64,000 nt of DNA from positions 18,662,001 to 18,726,000 of the forward strand of contig CDPCPM010000014.1 of assembly GCA_976551045.1 (NCBI GenBank), in the 5' to 3' direction. Below are positions 51,500 through 64,000 of the stretch, in pieces. Numbering within the stretch: the first letter of the stretch is position 1; each line of letters begins with the position of its first letter. A model generated the notes under the pieces. It worked only from the letters and a program-made list of their open reading frames with translations. It did not search any database and had not been told where the DNA came from. The position numbers were made by a program, and so were the translations under genes. Source of the stretch: Glaucostegus cemiculus (lineage: Eukaryota).

Positions 51500-54400
51500 A
51501 TGCCCAATAATCTGAAGTTCAAGCACACATTGCACAGGGAACTTTAGCAGCAATTTTGGCTCACGGTCCTCAGCTGAAATCTGAGTGGCCCTCTGAGCAC
51601 AAAGAAATTGGATGCTTCTGGCTTGGCCATGGCAGCTGGAGGCTTGGCCACTGCTAGCGCAGTGACTCATTTTGGGATAGTCGAGAGACTGGAATCTGGA
51701 TGCTTGCAGATGTGAAGGTTGAATGACTGGAAGAAATTGGGGGGGGGGGGCGCGGGAGGGAGGTCACAGATTAAAATTTTGCTGGCATTGAAAATGCTTT
51801 TGTAGCCACAACAGAGTTGGATTCATATAATGTCTTGCCAGACCCTCCCTTCCTATTGGAACGCACTAACTACTAATTTAAATGCTGAGGTTTTGAGGAG
51901 ACCTTGAACAGGAAGTAACCAACTTTTTTTGAATTGTAGTTAATATGACATTCTGAAGGGTTTATGTATATGAAAGCTAAAATGCCATACCAGTTTAAAA
52001 GCATAATGCCAAAATAAAAACAGAAGATTGCTGTGTATTTTAGCCTCACTGTCATAGTTCAGGAGCCTGGACGCATTACACAAGGCATTGCCTCCCTGAG
52101 GGAGAGACAGTGGGCAGAAGATAACTACTTTAAAGAACAAGATGGTGGGGTGTACTTCCTGAAGAGACAAATTGGAATCTGAAAGCCATCTGTGCAGAGT
52201 GAGCATCACCATTAAGAAACACAATGCCTCTCCCTGCAGAATTGGTGAATATTTTATGACCCTTTTGCCTTGCTCTGATATGGAACCAATGCACTGTAAT
52301 CATCAGTGCATAGTCCTCAACCTGGAGGCTATGGGCAAGGCCAAGGAAGATTTCCAACTCTGACCTTGTGGGGTTGGGGACCCAGGTCTACATGCCAAAG
52401 AGAGACCAATTCTCCTAGGCGACTTCAGCACCAGGGTGTGGGAAGGACAGGACCTTCTGACAGTGAATAGTCAGCAAGGAAGGTGTAGGAAAGATTAACA
52501 ACTGGATCCTTCCCTTGACAAAATTCTTAGAACATTGTCTCATAACCAACACCCTATTTTTGTTAGAGGGAAAAGCATAAGATCTCATGGTAATACCCTC
52601 TGCATATCTGTGCAGTGACGTGTACTCAGGACTGTTGGACTGATCACTCCCAATTCTGTTCTGTTATCTCCATCAACCTGGCCCCACAGTGTCAGCATCA
52701 ACATAAACATTGCTACAGGAAGATTGATATCAGAGATATTGAGGACCCCCTAATGATAGCTCTTCTGAGACTGTTCCTCCCAGACAGGTGTCACCTCCTG
52801 GCCTGTGGGAGCCACAGTGTGTCGACAGTTTATGAGCTACCCTTAAATTCCTCATAATTGGCACTTGTGAAGAGAATCTGGGCTTAGTTTGGATTAGCAG
52901 GATTAGTTTGAAAATGTCAAAGAGCTGATTAACTGCACATTATTCCTGAATTAGAAGCTCCACTGTTCCTCAACGGGAAAGGAAAGGCTCCACTGGTACC
53001 TGAAGACAGAGATTCAGCAATAAACCCATGATATAAAGAATGAAGCACTGGAGGCCTAGCAACTCACTGACACTTGTGATGCATGTGGGTTATGTCATGC
53101 TGTGGTTGATCCTCTACAGCCTAAATACCCAAGGCCATGCCCCACAGGAGCCAGGGTATGAACTTGTCAAGGACAGAGGGACTATCAGTGCTTACTTCCG
53201 CAACCATAATTTTAGCCTTGCCACCACTCCTGACCAACAAGGTCAAAAAGGCTAATCCCACTTTAAAGTGCTGGTGAGCAGCTGTATCCTTAAGTTCTAA
53301 AACGTGGCAGTAAAGAGCTTCGGTCACAAATCCACAATCTCATCATCCATATCTGATAAAGGGAGCATATTACCAGGAGAACTTGGATGCCATAGATATG
53401 ACTTTAAGAAAGAAGATGTCTGACTGTAGTAACTTCCCAATGTGTGCCACAAGGAAAGCCATGGCCAAGGTTGTCCTCGGCCACCTCCTCCCAGTGGCCG
53501 AGGACAACGGCAGCTTCCCAAATCACAGGGCGGAATCCATCGAACTAGAGGCACAATCAATGTGCCTCCAACTTAAAGAGCAATGATGGAAGCATGACCA
53601 GTCCCTACATAGCTTATTTTTAGACCTTACTAAAGCCTTTGACACCATCATCTGGGTGGGATGTGGGGTACACGCCTCAAATTCATTTACATATTCCATG
53701 ATAATGAAGAAAATGTAAGCCATGATCCTAACCAATATTCAACAATGGAACCAGTATCAGTGAAGACTGGCGTTAGACAAGGCTGTTCCATTGCCCTGAT
53801 CCTTTTCTCAATTTTTCTGCACCTCACCTCTCAAGTTTATTGGGACAGTGAAGCTGATCTTCAGAACTAATGGGAAACTGTTCAACCAACCGTGACTACA
53901 CTCCACAACCATGGTTGCATGAACCTCAGTAGTTGAGCTGCTTTATGCAGATGACACTTGCATTTGCATATGATCTTAGACCAAGCTCAAGACTGAACAC
54001 AAGAGGACCAGCCTTAATATAGAAACCCACAAGAGAAAAGTGTCCACCACCCCAGCCTGCTATGCATCGCTGCCCTCTGGTGATAAAGGTTCATGGTGAG
54101 CTGTATCTCTTCCAGGATCATGTCATATTTTTGGAGACATTGTTGATGAAATTCCCTGTTGCCTTCAGTGCACCAGGACCGTTTTTGGTCAGTTGGTGAG
54201 GTAAAAAAGCGGGTTAGAAGATCAAAACCTCAAACCTGGCACTAAACACATATTTAGCTGGACAGCAATGATCCCTAACTTATGATAGTTCTAAGACCTG
54301 GATTACCCAGACTAGGCACTGGAAAGATGTCACCTCTGCAGTCTCTGCAAAATCTTTCAAATCTCCTAAAAGAATGAACAAATCAATATTAATGTCTTCT

Positions 54401-54820
54401 TGACCAACATCCCCAGCATTGAGAATTAAATTGCACCCAGTTATTACAGTTGCCTATGAACAGTATACTTTGAGCTTTATCACAGGAAGAGATTACTAGA
54501 TGCATGGAGGAAAAGATTCAGCAATATGCTCAAAGTCCCCTTGAAGAAATACAGTATTCCCACTGATATCTGGGAATCCCTGGCTCATAACTGCTTTAAG
54601 TAGAAGAGGAATATTCAGGATTGTATTGAGAAACTCAAGTCCACATAGTGGGAGCACGCAGAGGCCCTGCATAAATGGAGGAAAGAGCACATCATCCCAT
54701 GAAGAAGCCACCCACCTGCCCCATCTGTGGAAGAGTCTGCAGTTACCACATTGGCCTCATTAGTCACCTCGGAATTAAAGCATGTTGTCCTTGATCCCAA
54801 GGGATTCGCTAAGAAAAAGT
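51500..54820 (+). mobile_element. Near full-length degenerate RTE-clade LINE
   Basis: Endonuclease remnants (IISA..EDF; LLGDFS.RV); RT motifs DLTKAFDT, VKTGVRQGCSIALILFSIF and ELLYADD; C-terminal HIGLISHL; 5' boundary uncertain. Confidence 0.8.
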
Positions 54821-56109
54821 TGTTATCCTTGAATGCTTAGGAGCTGATGAATATACATAAATTAATTTAAGATGTTGCAATAATTTTGATCTAAATTTGA
54901 TGTATATTACAGGTGAAAATGTTACTGCAAACTTTGACTTTTCTTTTAAAATATTTTCATATGGTAAACAGGATTTTGAACCTTTTTGCTACTGTTAGTA
55001 ACCACTTTGACATGTTAAAGTCATCTGCAAAGTTTTGATTTTGTAATATAATAAAATTAATCATATCTGCTTCTAGGTTTGCCTCTTGAAATTTTATACA
55101 TTTTTTTGAAAAAGGTGCTAATCTTTTTCCCCTCTAGGCATTAAGTAGAGTTACTGGACAAATATTGTGCTGATTCTCTTAAAATTGTGTTCAAAACTGT
55201 TCACTTGGTAGATTTGACTGTTCATGTGTTTACAGTATTAAATCTTTGTTATTGTCTGACTTGCAGATTTATTCAGTGACTTAAAATAACTTGCCTTTTA
55301 TGACTTCTTGTTACTTTATTACATACTTTTAACCTCTGAATTGCTGAAACAGTATTTAAAAAAAACACTGGAAAATTTTGAATTACAATTGCAAGGGATC
55401 CACGTGGTTCTACTAACCATTTTCTTCTGGTTCTACCTTGCGTTGGCTGCTTATAGTACACAAACATGCTGATGAAAAGTCAATTCTGGCTTTGAATCAA
55501 GTCAAACTGTGCAGTATAATTTGGCAGTGAAGTTGACCAATTTGTGTAATGGAGAGTACCTTGTGGAGATTCAGTTAGTGCAGTGCTGCAGATGTTGAAT
55601 TGCAATTATTGCCATTTCAAACTTAATGCCACTTTTCTCTCCCAAAGAATGGCAGTTAACACCCATGCTTCAAATAGTTCCAGTAACCACCGCTTCTCTT
55701 GAAATCTTACAATGTGTTTTTGAATGGCGCAAGCTGACTGTGCTGTCATAAGTGTGTGTGATCTCTCTACGATTTCTGTTTATATTTTCAGATATTCACT
55801 CTAGCCTGACCTTTTTATAAGTCCATGCTAGCCTTCTCTCTGTTTCTCTTGCCCACTCTTTCTTTCCTTGTGCCTTCTCTCTTAAAACACAGGGTCAACA
55901 ATCACTCCCTGCTTATTTATAGAATCTAATAATTTTCCAACACTTATTGGCTTATGCCATCTAGACTTCCTTGGTTTCTCTTAATGTTAGAGTGGAATGC
56001 AATTTTAAAATCTAAAAGAATAATTCCTTGAAATTTCCCATGCTATAACATTCCATCGTTCTCCCTTACTTTCAATGTAAATTGTGGGATGGACCAATGA
56101 AAATACATC

Positions 56110-56465
56110 ATGAGCACAATTGCTGGAAGTATTTATCCAATCAAGCAGCATCTGTGGAAAGAGAAACCAGTTAACATTTCAGGTTAAAGACCGTTCATCA
56201 GAATGAGAAAGAATTCTAAAGATTCCCAACCTTATGAGAGAAAGAAAAATACTGCAAATCTGAGGTAAGTGAATGGGTCAGATAGCGACAGTTGAGTGAG
56301 AAAAACAGAAATGATGTTACAGGGTGTTGTCCATGTATTTCTCTTAGTTCTAATGAAGGGTCTTCAACCCAAAATGTTGACTCATTTTCAGAGATGTTGC
56401 CTAACTGGCCGAGTTCTTCCAGCAGTTCTGTGTTTATTTCTGATCCCAGCATCTGCAGTTTTATT
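56110..56465. mobile_element. Cluster of Penelope terminal-repeat copies in both orientations
   Basis: Minus copies at about 56110-56205 and 56245-56325, plus copy at about 56345-56465; share GCAGCATCTGTGGA and TGAAGGGTCTTCAACC motifs. Confidence 0.7.
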
Positions 56466-56629
56466 TGTTTTCTACTTTTATTTTCCTTGATTGGACCAGG
56501 AACAGTCTACTTCAAAGGATCATTGAAAAGTATGCAGACTTTGTCTACAGTAAAAATAAAATCTGGAAATGGCAGGTTCTTTGAAGACAGAAACAGTTAC
56601 TGACCTTTCATCATGACTTTATTGCTTGC

Positions 56630-57005
56630 TTGGTAACACTCTTGATTTAGAGTCCCACTCCAGACGATTGAGCATGAAAATTGCCCCACAGCAAAACTGA
56701 GGAAGTGCTGCTCTCTTGAAGCCCTAATCTTCGAAAGAGATTTTGTATCTCAGCCTATGTACTTTCTTGGGTGAATGTTAAAGGTCCCATCCAAGGAGTC
56801 ACCCCCTTTGCCCTTGCCAATATCTATTCATCAAGTATCATTGAAAAATGTATCTAGTCAGTGTCTCATTTTGTTGTTCCTGGCAGCTTGTTGTGTATCA
56901 AAATATTTATTTCATGTTGTTTTTTTCCCCCATGTTGCACCCAAAGAGCAACTGCTGAATGTGGTGTAGGATTTCCAGAGATGATGTCACAATACAAGTC
57001 TACTC
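56630..57005 (+). mobile_element. SacSINE1-like Deu-SINE, degenerate
   Basis: TGGTAACACTCTTG..AGTCCCACTCCAGA..TTGAGCA..CTGAGGAAGTGCTGC..GCCAATAT. Confidence 0.6.
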
Positions 57006-57129
57006 TTGGCTCCAACCACAACAAGTTTAGCAGCCTCTAAAAGATAGAAATTGTCTTTCATGAGTTCACATTAAATTTGACTTCCATGGGCACTTATGAC
57101 ACCCAGGAACCTGCAAATATATGAATTGT

Positions 57130-58440
57130 GTGCAGAAATAGGCCACTTCACCCCCTCAAGCCTCTTCTGCCATTTAATAATATCATAGCTGTTCTGACTG
57201 TAATGTCAACTGTGCATTTCGGTCTACTCATGATAACCTTTCAACCCCTAGCTTATCAAGGATCTGTCTTCTTTTGCCTTAAAATATTCAAAATCTCAAT
57301 TTCCACCATCCTTTAAGGAAGAATGTTCCAAAGATTCAAAACCCTGTGGGGGGGGGGGGGGGGGGTGGGGGAGGAAATCACTTCATCTCTATATTAAGTT
57401 TTCTTTTAAAGCGGTGATCCTCAGTGAATCTAGTTCTCGTTTTTCCCGAGAAAACATCCTTTCCACATCCATGCTGTCAAATGTGTTTCAATCAAGTCTC
57501 ATTGCACTCCTCTGAACTCCAGCACATACAAGCCAAGCCTGCCCAACCTCTTTCAGAAGGCAATTCATCCATTCCCGATATTAGTTTAGTAAGCTTTCTC
57601 TGAATTGCTTCTGATGCATTAACATCTCTCCTTCAGTAAGGAGACAAGTACTGAAAACAGTATTCCAGATGTGGTCTCATCAGTGGCCTGTATATAACCA
57701 GCATAACATCCCTACTTGTGTATTCAGTTTCCTATCAACAAAGTTAATATTCTGTTAGCTTTCCTAATTACTTCCTGTATCTACATCCCAGTCTTTTGCA
57801 AATTGTGTACCAGGACACGCACTTCTTAGAGTTCCACAATCATCAATTTAGATGTTGTACTTTTGTATGTTTTCTGCCAAATGGACATTTTCACATTTTC
57901 CCACATTCACCAGGTCTTTGGCCCTTCATTTAACCTATCTCATTCCTTTGTAGCCTTGTTATGTACTCTTCACAGCTAAGTTTTCCACCTAGCTTTGTGC
58001 TATCAGAACAGTTAGCACACTTAACGTTGGTGCCTTCATCCTGGTCACGTACAGAAATTTGTATAAAGTTCTGGTCCCGGCACCTATCTGTATGGTACAC
58101 CTCTTGTGTCCTTGTATCAAATGGAATACGACACATCCTTGCTTGCTCTGTTTCCTATACGCAGTCAGTCTTCTGTTCATGCCAAAATATTACCTTCTAC
58201 TTCACGAGCTTTTATTTAACTTTCTGATGCAGCACCTTTATCAAATGCCTTCTGGAAATCTAGGTTTAATATATCCTCTGGTTACTCTATATGAACAACA
58301 TGTGTTGCTTCTTAAAACTCCTATAAATTGCTCAAATTTAACTTTCCTTTCACAAAACCACATTTACTGTGCCTGATTACCTTGATTTTTTTCCCCCAAG
58401 TACCCTGTTATAATGTTTTTGATGATAACTTCTAACATTT
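57130..58440 (-). mobile_element. Older CR1 LINE fragment
   Basis: Minus frames include DSTKLGGKLSCEE..RLQR; 3' region similar to 58610-59405. Confidence 0.65.
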
Positions 58441-58609
58441 TCCCTCTGAAGGCTAGCAGACTGATCAGCAAATCATATGAAAGAATTTTCACAAGCAGGA
58501 AAGCACAAAGTAAAATGCAGTGAAGTTAAACTCATGTACAGAAAGAAAAATAAAGGTTGGGATGTACATATGTTATTGAAGAAATTTCATGCTTTTAAGT
58601 CTTATTATT

Positions 58610-59405
58610 TAGACCATAAGACATAAGTGCAGAATTAGGCTATTCCAGCCCATCGAGTCTGCTCTGCCATTTGCTCGCAGCTGATTTATTATTCCCTCTC
58701 AAACCCATTATCCTGCCTTCTCCCTGTAACCCTTGACGCCCTTACTAATCAAGAACCTATCAACCTCCGCTTTATATATACCCAATAACTTGGCCACCAC
58801 AGCCGTCTGTGGCAATGAATTCCACAGATTCACTACCCTCTGGCTAAAGAAATTCCTCCTCTCTATTCTAAAGGGATGCCCTTTTACTCTGATCCTAGAC
58901 TCACCCAGTACTGGAAACATTCTCTCCATGTCCACTCTGTCCAGGCCTTTCAATATTTGTTGGGTTTCATTGAGATTCCCCGCCCCCCATCTTTCTAAAC
59001 TCCAGTGAGTACAGGCCAAGAGCTATTAAATGCTCCTCACATGTTAACCCTTTCGTCCCTGGGATCATCCTCACCAACTTCCTCTGGACCTTCTCCAATG
59101 CCAGCACATCCTCTCTTGAATAGAGAGCCCAAAACTGCTCACAGTACTCTAAATGTGGTCTGACCAATGCCTTATAAAGCCTTGGCATTTCATCCATGCT
59201 TTTATAGTCTAGTCCTCTCAAAATGAATGTTAACGTTGCATTTGCCTTCCTTACTTCTGACTCAACCTGCAAGTCAACCTTTAGAGAATCCTGCACAAGA
59301 ACTCCCAAGTCCCTTTGCACCTCCAATTTCTGAATCTGTTCCCCATTTAGAAAATAGCCTATGCCCTTATTCCTTCTACTAAAGTGCATGACCACACACT
59401 TCCCT
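58610..59405 (-). mobile_element. CR1 LINE 3' fragment
   Basis: QRDLGVLVQDSLK, LYKALVRPHLEYCEQFW and FFSQRVVNLWNSLP; tail CCATAAGACATAAG. Confidence 0.92.
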
Positions 59406-61976
59406 TTGTTATTAAAAATAGGGAGTTCTTGAATGCTGTTGAGAGAGTGAGCCGCCTTAATATTTTTGTAGTTGGCGTGGTTGTATATAGGTATGCCATT
59501 TTAAAGCCTATGCCAGCAATGAGATAAGTTGGTCATGATTTTCAACTATTGCAACTCTGATTTCATTTGCAGTGAGAGCAACAGGGAATTCTGTGGCATA
59601 ACAGGATATCTTGGATAACTTGAGCTTTTAAAAGGAGACCAGAATTTGCTGTCAAGCTTATAGAAAAAAATGAGTGCTGATAGTTTGTTACTGTCACAAA
59701 ATTCAGACCAATATCTTCATTAAATGTTTTTAAAAGGATTGCTTATATAGGGAACTACCACATAAACATTGTACTCTAAAGCTAAAGGATATTTCTGCTG
59801 AAAGCAAAATAACTGTCAATAAGATAGATCCTTTCTTCTAATTTTCAGATTTATATATTTTTTTATATTTCATCACTTAATAAAAAACAAAAGTTCACAG
59901 AAAAGTTATAGAAACCCAAAAAATCATGTGGGGGTTGTATGTCTTTCCTGTTTCCCTTGTACTTTCTTTTCTCTGAGGAACATTTGTTTCCATCTGTTTG
60001 ATAATGCACAAATTAGAACCAAAGAAACACTTAACAAATGTTACGTTGATGGTGGGGTATCCCTAGATATTCTTCATCAACCTTTCCTAAACTTCTAAAA
60101 TAAATTTCATTAGATTGGTGATTAGAGAAGGTACATTTTGTATTTCCAAAGGCAAGCCTCTTAAAAAGAGAGATTGAATGCCAACATATCTACATTTAAT
60201 CAGCAACCAAAAAGCTGAATGGTTTTTAATTAAAACCCAATGAAGATAATTTCAAAGCATAAATATTAAAAAACATGGAATCTTAGGAATGTTCATAAAT
60301 TTTAACGTTTTGCTTGGTTTCTTAAAAAAAAAACTTGCTTGAGACATAAATTTAGGTTTAAATAACCTAATAAGGGCATGGTGTTCTATCGAGGAAGTAA
60401 AACACTAATTTGTACCAGATGGTATAGAAATAAGCCTGAGGGGGTCTTAACTTTCAATGACCTGAAGTGACAACTACCATTCCATACAGCTGCTCCTGAT
60501 AATAAGAATCTGCTGGGGTGAGGAGGAACACAGTTCAAGATTGATTTTTCAAGTCATTCTGAAATTCGCTGAGCATTTCCTATTTAACCAAAATGAAAAG
60601 ATCCCATATTCATTATGCCTTTCTTCTGACACAAACATCCTTGAAAATCTTTTTTTGCTTTGCCTTTATAGCTCAGTCATTTTAAAGTATGCTATTGAAG
60701 TGTCAAAATAGGGCAACAGGCATACTGCCAGGCAGTTTGACTCCTTTAAAAACCACGGGCTTTATCCAAGTTGCAGACTTTTTTTTGCCCCCACATATCA
60801 CAAACATATTCCATTAGAAGATTTTTTCAATTTAATGCTTTTCAAAGACTTGTGTTCCAAGAACACCTTCTATAAATTTCCTGTGATCAATGTGAAATTA
60901 GAAACGTATCTTAACAAATTAACTTGTCTCCAATACCTCTTGTCATAGTCATTCATTTTCACAATTTGCAGAATTGCTATTTATACCAATTTAGATTGTA
61001 CTTTTTTAAATTGAAGGTTCATTTGAAAGTATAATAACTTTCATTTATATAGCATCTTTATCATAAATGATCATACCAAGGTGTTTTTACAAGACCCTTT
61101 TAAAGAAAAAAAAGAAACATTTTGTAAATACAAGAAACAGGTTTGCTTCATACATTGAAAAGCTTGTTTCTTTTGAATTACAAAAGATATCTTTTCCTCT
61201 GAAACTGTGCTGAACATTTTTAATATTAGTTTTGAAATATTTTAAGGGGATAAGCATTTTCAGATTTTTGTTTTGATGTGTGTGTGTAACTCTGATCTTA
61301 CTGTTCCTGTAAAGTATTGACTGAACATGCATCAAAAATATTACTGATGTACACTTTATAAGGAGAGAGAGAGGTGAATGGAAGAAGAGCAGAACCAGGA
61401 GGGACCAAGTGGAGGGCAGAGGCTTGGGTAAGGTGGGAAAGGTCTAGACATTGGTGTTCCACCCCTTTCAGATGTATTACTACCAAATTTGTGCAATTTT
61501 GGAAGCTATGGTTCTACAAGTGATTGTTCCTTGCAGTGGCATTGCCCTCATCTATTAACTTCTAGTGAAATGGATTTCACCACTTTTATTTCTCTCAGCG
61601 CTGGCCAGCTACCAAAGATCGGCATTTAACTGCTGGCTGCTGCTGCACGGGTGGGGCTTGTTTCACAACTAGGTTGAGCCTCGGCATGCAGACTTCCATC
61701 CAGCAGATCCTGGAAGTCCCTGCTCGGCGAATATCTGTGAGTTTACAACAGATGAAAATTCTGTTGCATTCAGTAGGATTTAAGTAATTTTCTCTGCTAG
61801 TTGCAAATCATGGCCATTGGGTCTTTCTTGGTCTGGGACTCTGACTTTATGGGTCAGGGAAATATGACAGAACTAGGGTGTCCAGTACTAATCTTATGCC
61901 AGACAGCCAATTTCCCACTGAAATCTAGGAAGTCCTGCACAGTAGAGGATTGTGCTGTCCCTGTGTATACTTTTTA

Positions 61977-63291
61977 AATTGGCTTATTATTGTCACATGT
62001 ACCAAGCTACAGTGGAAAAACTTGTCTTGCATTACTGTCCATATAGATCACTTCATAACAACAGTGCACTGAGGTAGCACAAGGTAAAACAATAACAGAA
62101 TGCAGAATAAAGTGTTAAAGTTGCAGAGAAAATGCATTGCAGGTAGACAATAAAGTACAAGGCCATAATGAAGTTGATTTGTGAGGTCAAGAGTCTATCT
62201 TGTGCTAGCGTAGCATTCACTAGTCTTATAACAGCGGGACAGAAGCTGTACTTGAGACTGGTGGTACGTGCTTTCAGGCTTTTGTATTTTCTGCCTGTTA
62301 GGAGGGGGGAGATGAGAGAATGTCTGGGATGGGTGGGGTCTTTGATTATGTTGGATGCTTTACCAAGGCAGCGAAGTGTAGACAGAGTCCATGGAGGGGA
62401 GGCTGGTTTCTGTGACACGCTGAGCTGTGTCGACAATTCTCCACAGTTTCTTGCAGTCACGGGCAGAGCAGTTGCTAAACCATGCCATGATGCATCTGGA
62501 TAGGATGCTTTTTATGGTGCATCGATTTAAAAATTGGTGAGAGTCAAAGGGGACATGCCAAATTTCTTTAGCCTCCTGAGGAAGTAGAGGTGCAGGTGTG
62601 CTTTCTTGGCCATAGCATCTATGTGGTTGGACCAGGACAGGGTCCTGGTGATATTCATTCCCAGGAACTTGAAGCTTTCAACTGTCTTGTCCTCAGCACA
62701 GTGCGTGTGCACTGCCCCCCTTCCTGAAGTTAATGATCAGCTCTTTTTTCCTGACATTGAAGGAAAGGTTGTTGTCATGACACCATATCACTAGGCTCTC
62801 TATCTACTCCTGTTCTCTGGCATCGTTATTTGAGAGATGGCCCACTATGGTGGTGTCATCTGCAAACTTGTAGATGGAGTTAGAGCAGAATCTGGCCACA
62901 TGGTTGTGTGTATAGGGAGAGCAGAGGGCTGAGGACACAGCCTTGTGAGGCACCTGTGTTAAGAATAATCGTGTTGGAGGTGTTGCTGCCTTTCCTTACC
63001 AATTATGGTCTGTTGGTCATGAAGTCGAGGATTCTTAAATTAAATTTTATTTACAGCGTGGTAACAGGCCCTTTCGGCCCAACGAGTCCACGCCGCCCAT
63101 TTTAAACCCCCAAATTAACCTACCCGTACGTCTTTAGATTGTGGGAGGAAACCGGAGCACCCGGAGGAAACCCACGCAGACACAGGAAAACGTACCAACT
63201 CCTTACAGTCAGCGACGGGAATCGAACTCCAATCGCTGGCGCTATAACAGCATCGCGCTAACCGCTACGCTATCGTGCCGCCCCAGTTGCA
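61977..63291 (-). mobile_element. Rex1/Babar LINE 3' fragment with a nested V-SINE
   Basis: FKFLGMNIT..LYFLRRLKKFG and GRKYKSLKARTTSLKYSF; 3' end TTATTATTGTCAC; Rex1 resumes (CAGTTGCA) after the SINE. Confidence 0.9.
63035..63283 (-). mobile_element. Young full-length V-SINE
   Basis: Reverse complement of the 43912-44163 family; CpG-rich; B box GTTCGATTCCC. Confidence 0.92.
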
Positions 63292-64000
63292 TGGAGCCAA
63301 CGCCATGTATTTGCAAGAGTTTAAGTGAACTAGGGGTGTTAGTGTTGTCATTTGTACTTGGTACTGTTGACCTTGTGCTTCAGTGAATTTGATAGGATTA
63401 GCACTGGGCATTCTCAGAATAGTTTTCTGAACTTTGGTTTGTGCTGAGCATTGAATTTGATAATATTGGCTTTATCTTGTCTCTGCACTTGGTAACATTA
63501 ATGCTTTGCATCCTTTTTACTTGCCACATGCCACACCAGAGGCACCATGAACGGTGTTGGTAGTGCTGTTCCTTGTCTGAATTTACAGGCTGTCCAACAA
63601 TAACTGGATTAAGTTACACTTTGCAGAGAATTTAAATGACCTTGCAGCAGACTGGATCATATTACACTTTACAGACAAAGTGTTGGGTGAGTCTTGTCCT
63701 CCCACATCCTTCTGTTAAGGATAAGAAGTCTACTGTTTCCAAACAGTGATGGAAATAGATGCAGCCAATTTGTTCACTCCTCCTTTGAAGAGCCTGTGTG
63801 GCCTGAGGGAATTCATCTACAAACAAGAAAGCTGTTAACTGCTGTCGCTTTGGGATTATAAAGAGAGAACGATTAGTTTGCTGCAGTAAGAAGTTTTTTA
63901 GTTGAGATAGTCGGGAAGCAAATACATTCAACTTGCTTGCATTGAATAAAACTCATTGCTAAAGTTGAATACAATACAAAAATAAATACTAGATGCAGTT

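Overview
AT-rich, repeat-dense vertebrate nuclear DNA. The repeat families point to a cartilaginous fish (shark or ray): HE1/V-SINEs, SacSINE1-like Deu-SINEs, CR1, Rex1/Babar, RTE and L2 LINEs, and Penelope-like elements. No intact protein-coding gene could be recognised. Every ORF with a recognisable product is a decayed transposon frame (CR1, Rex1 or RTE reverse transcriptase, a Buster/Charlie hAT transposase, a Penelope GIY-YIG endonuclease). The window looks like a large intron or gene desert, possibly of a + strand gene, with repeat-free blocks that may be conserved non-coding elements. Most notable: (i) about ten dispersed Penelope terminal-repeat copies, several carrying decayed minimal hammerhead ribozyme motifs and some in fold-back pairs; (ii) a young GC-rich VNTR composite element with two Rex1-type tails; (iii) a 5S rRNA-derived sequence; (iv) two short non-SINE palindromes; (v) a few unassigned exon-like segments. 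All assignments are by eye from remembered consensus motifs, no database search was run, and boundaries of old repeats are approximate.
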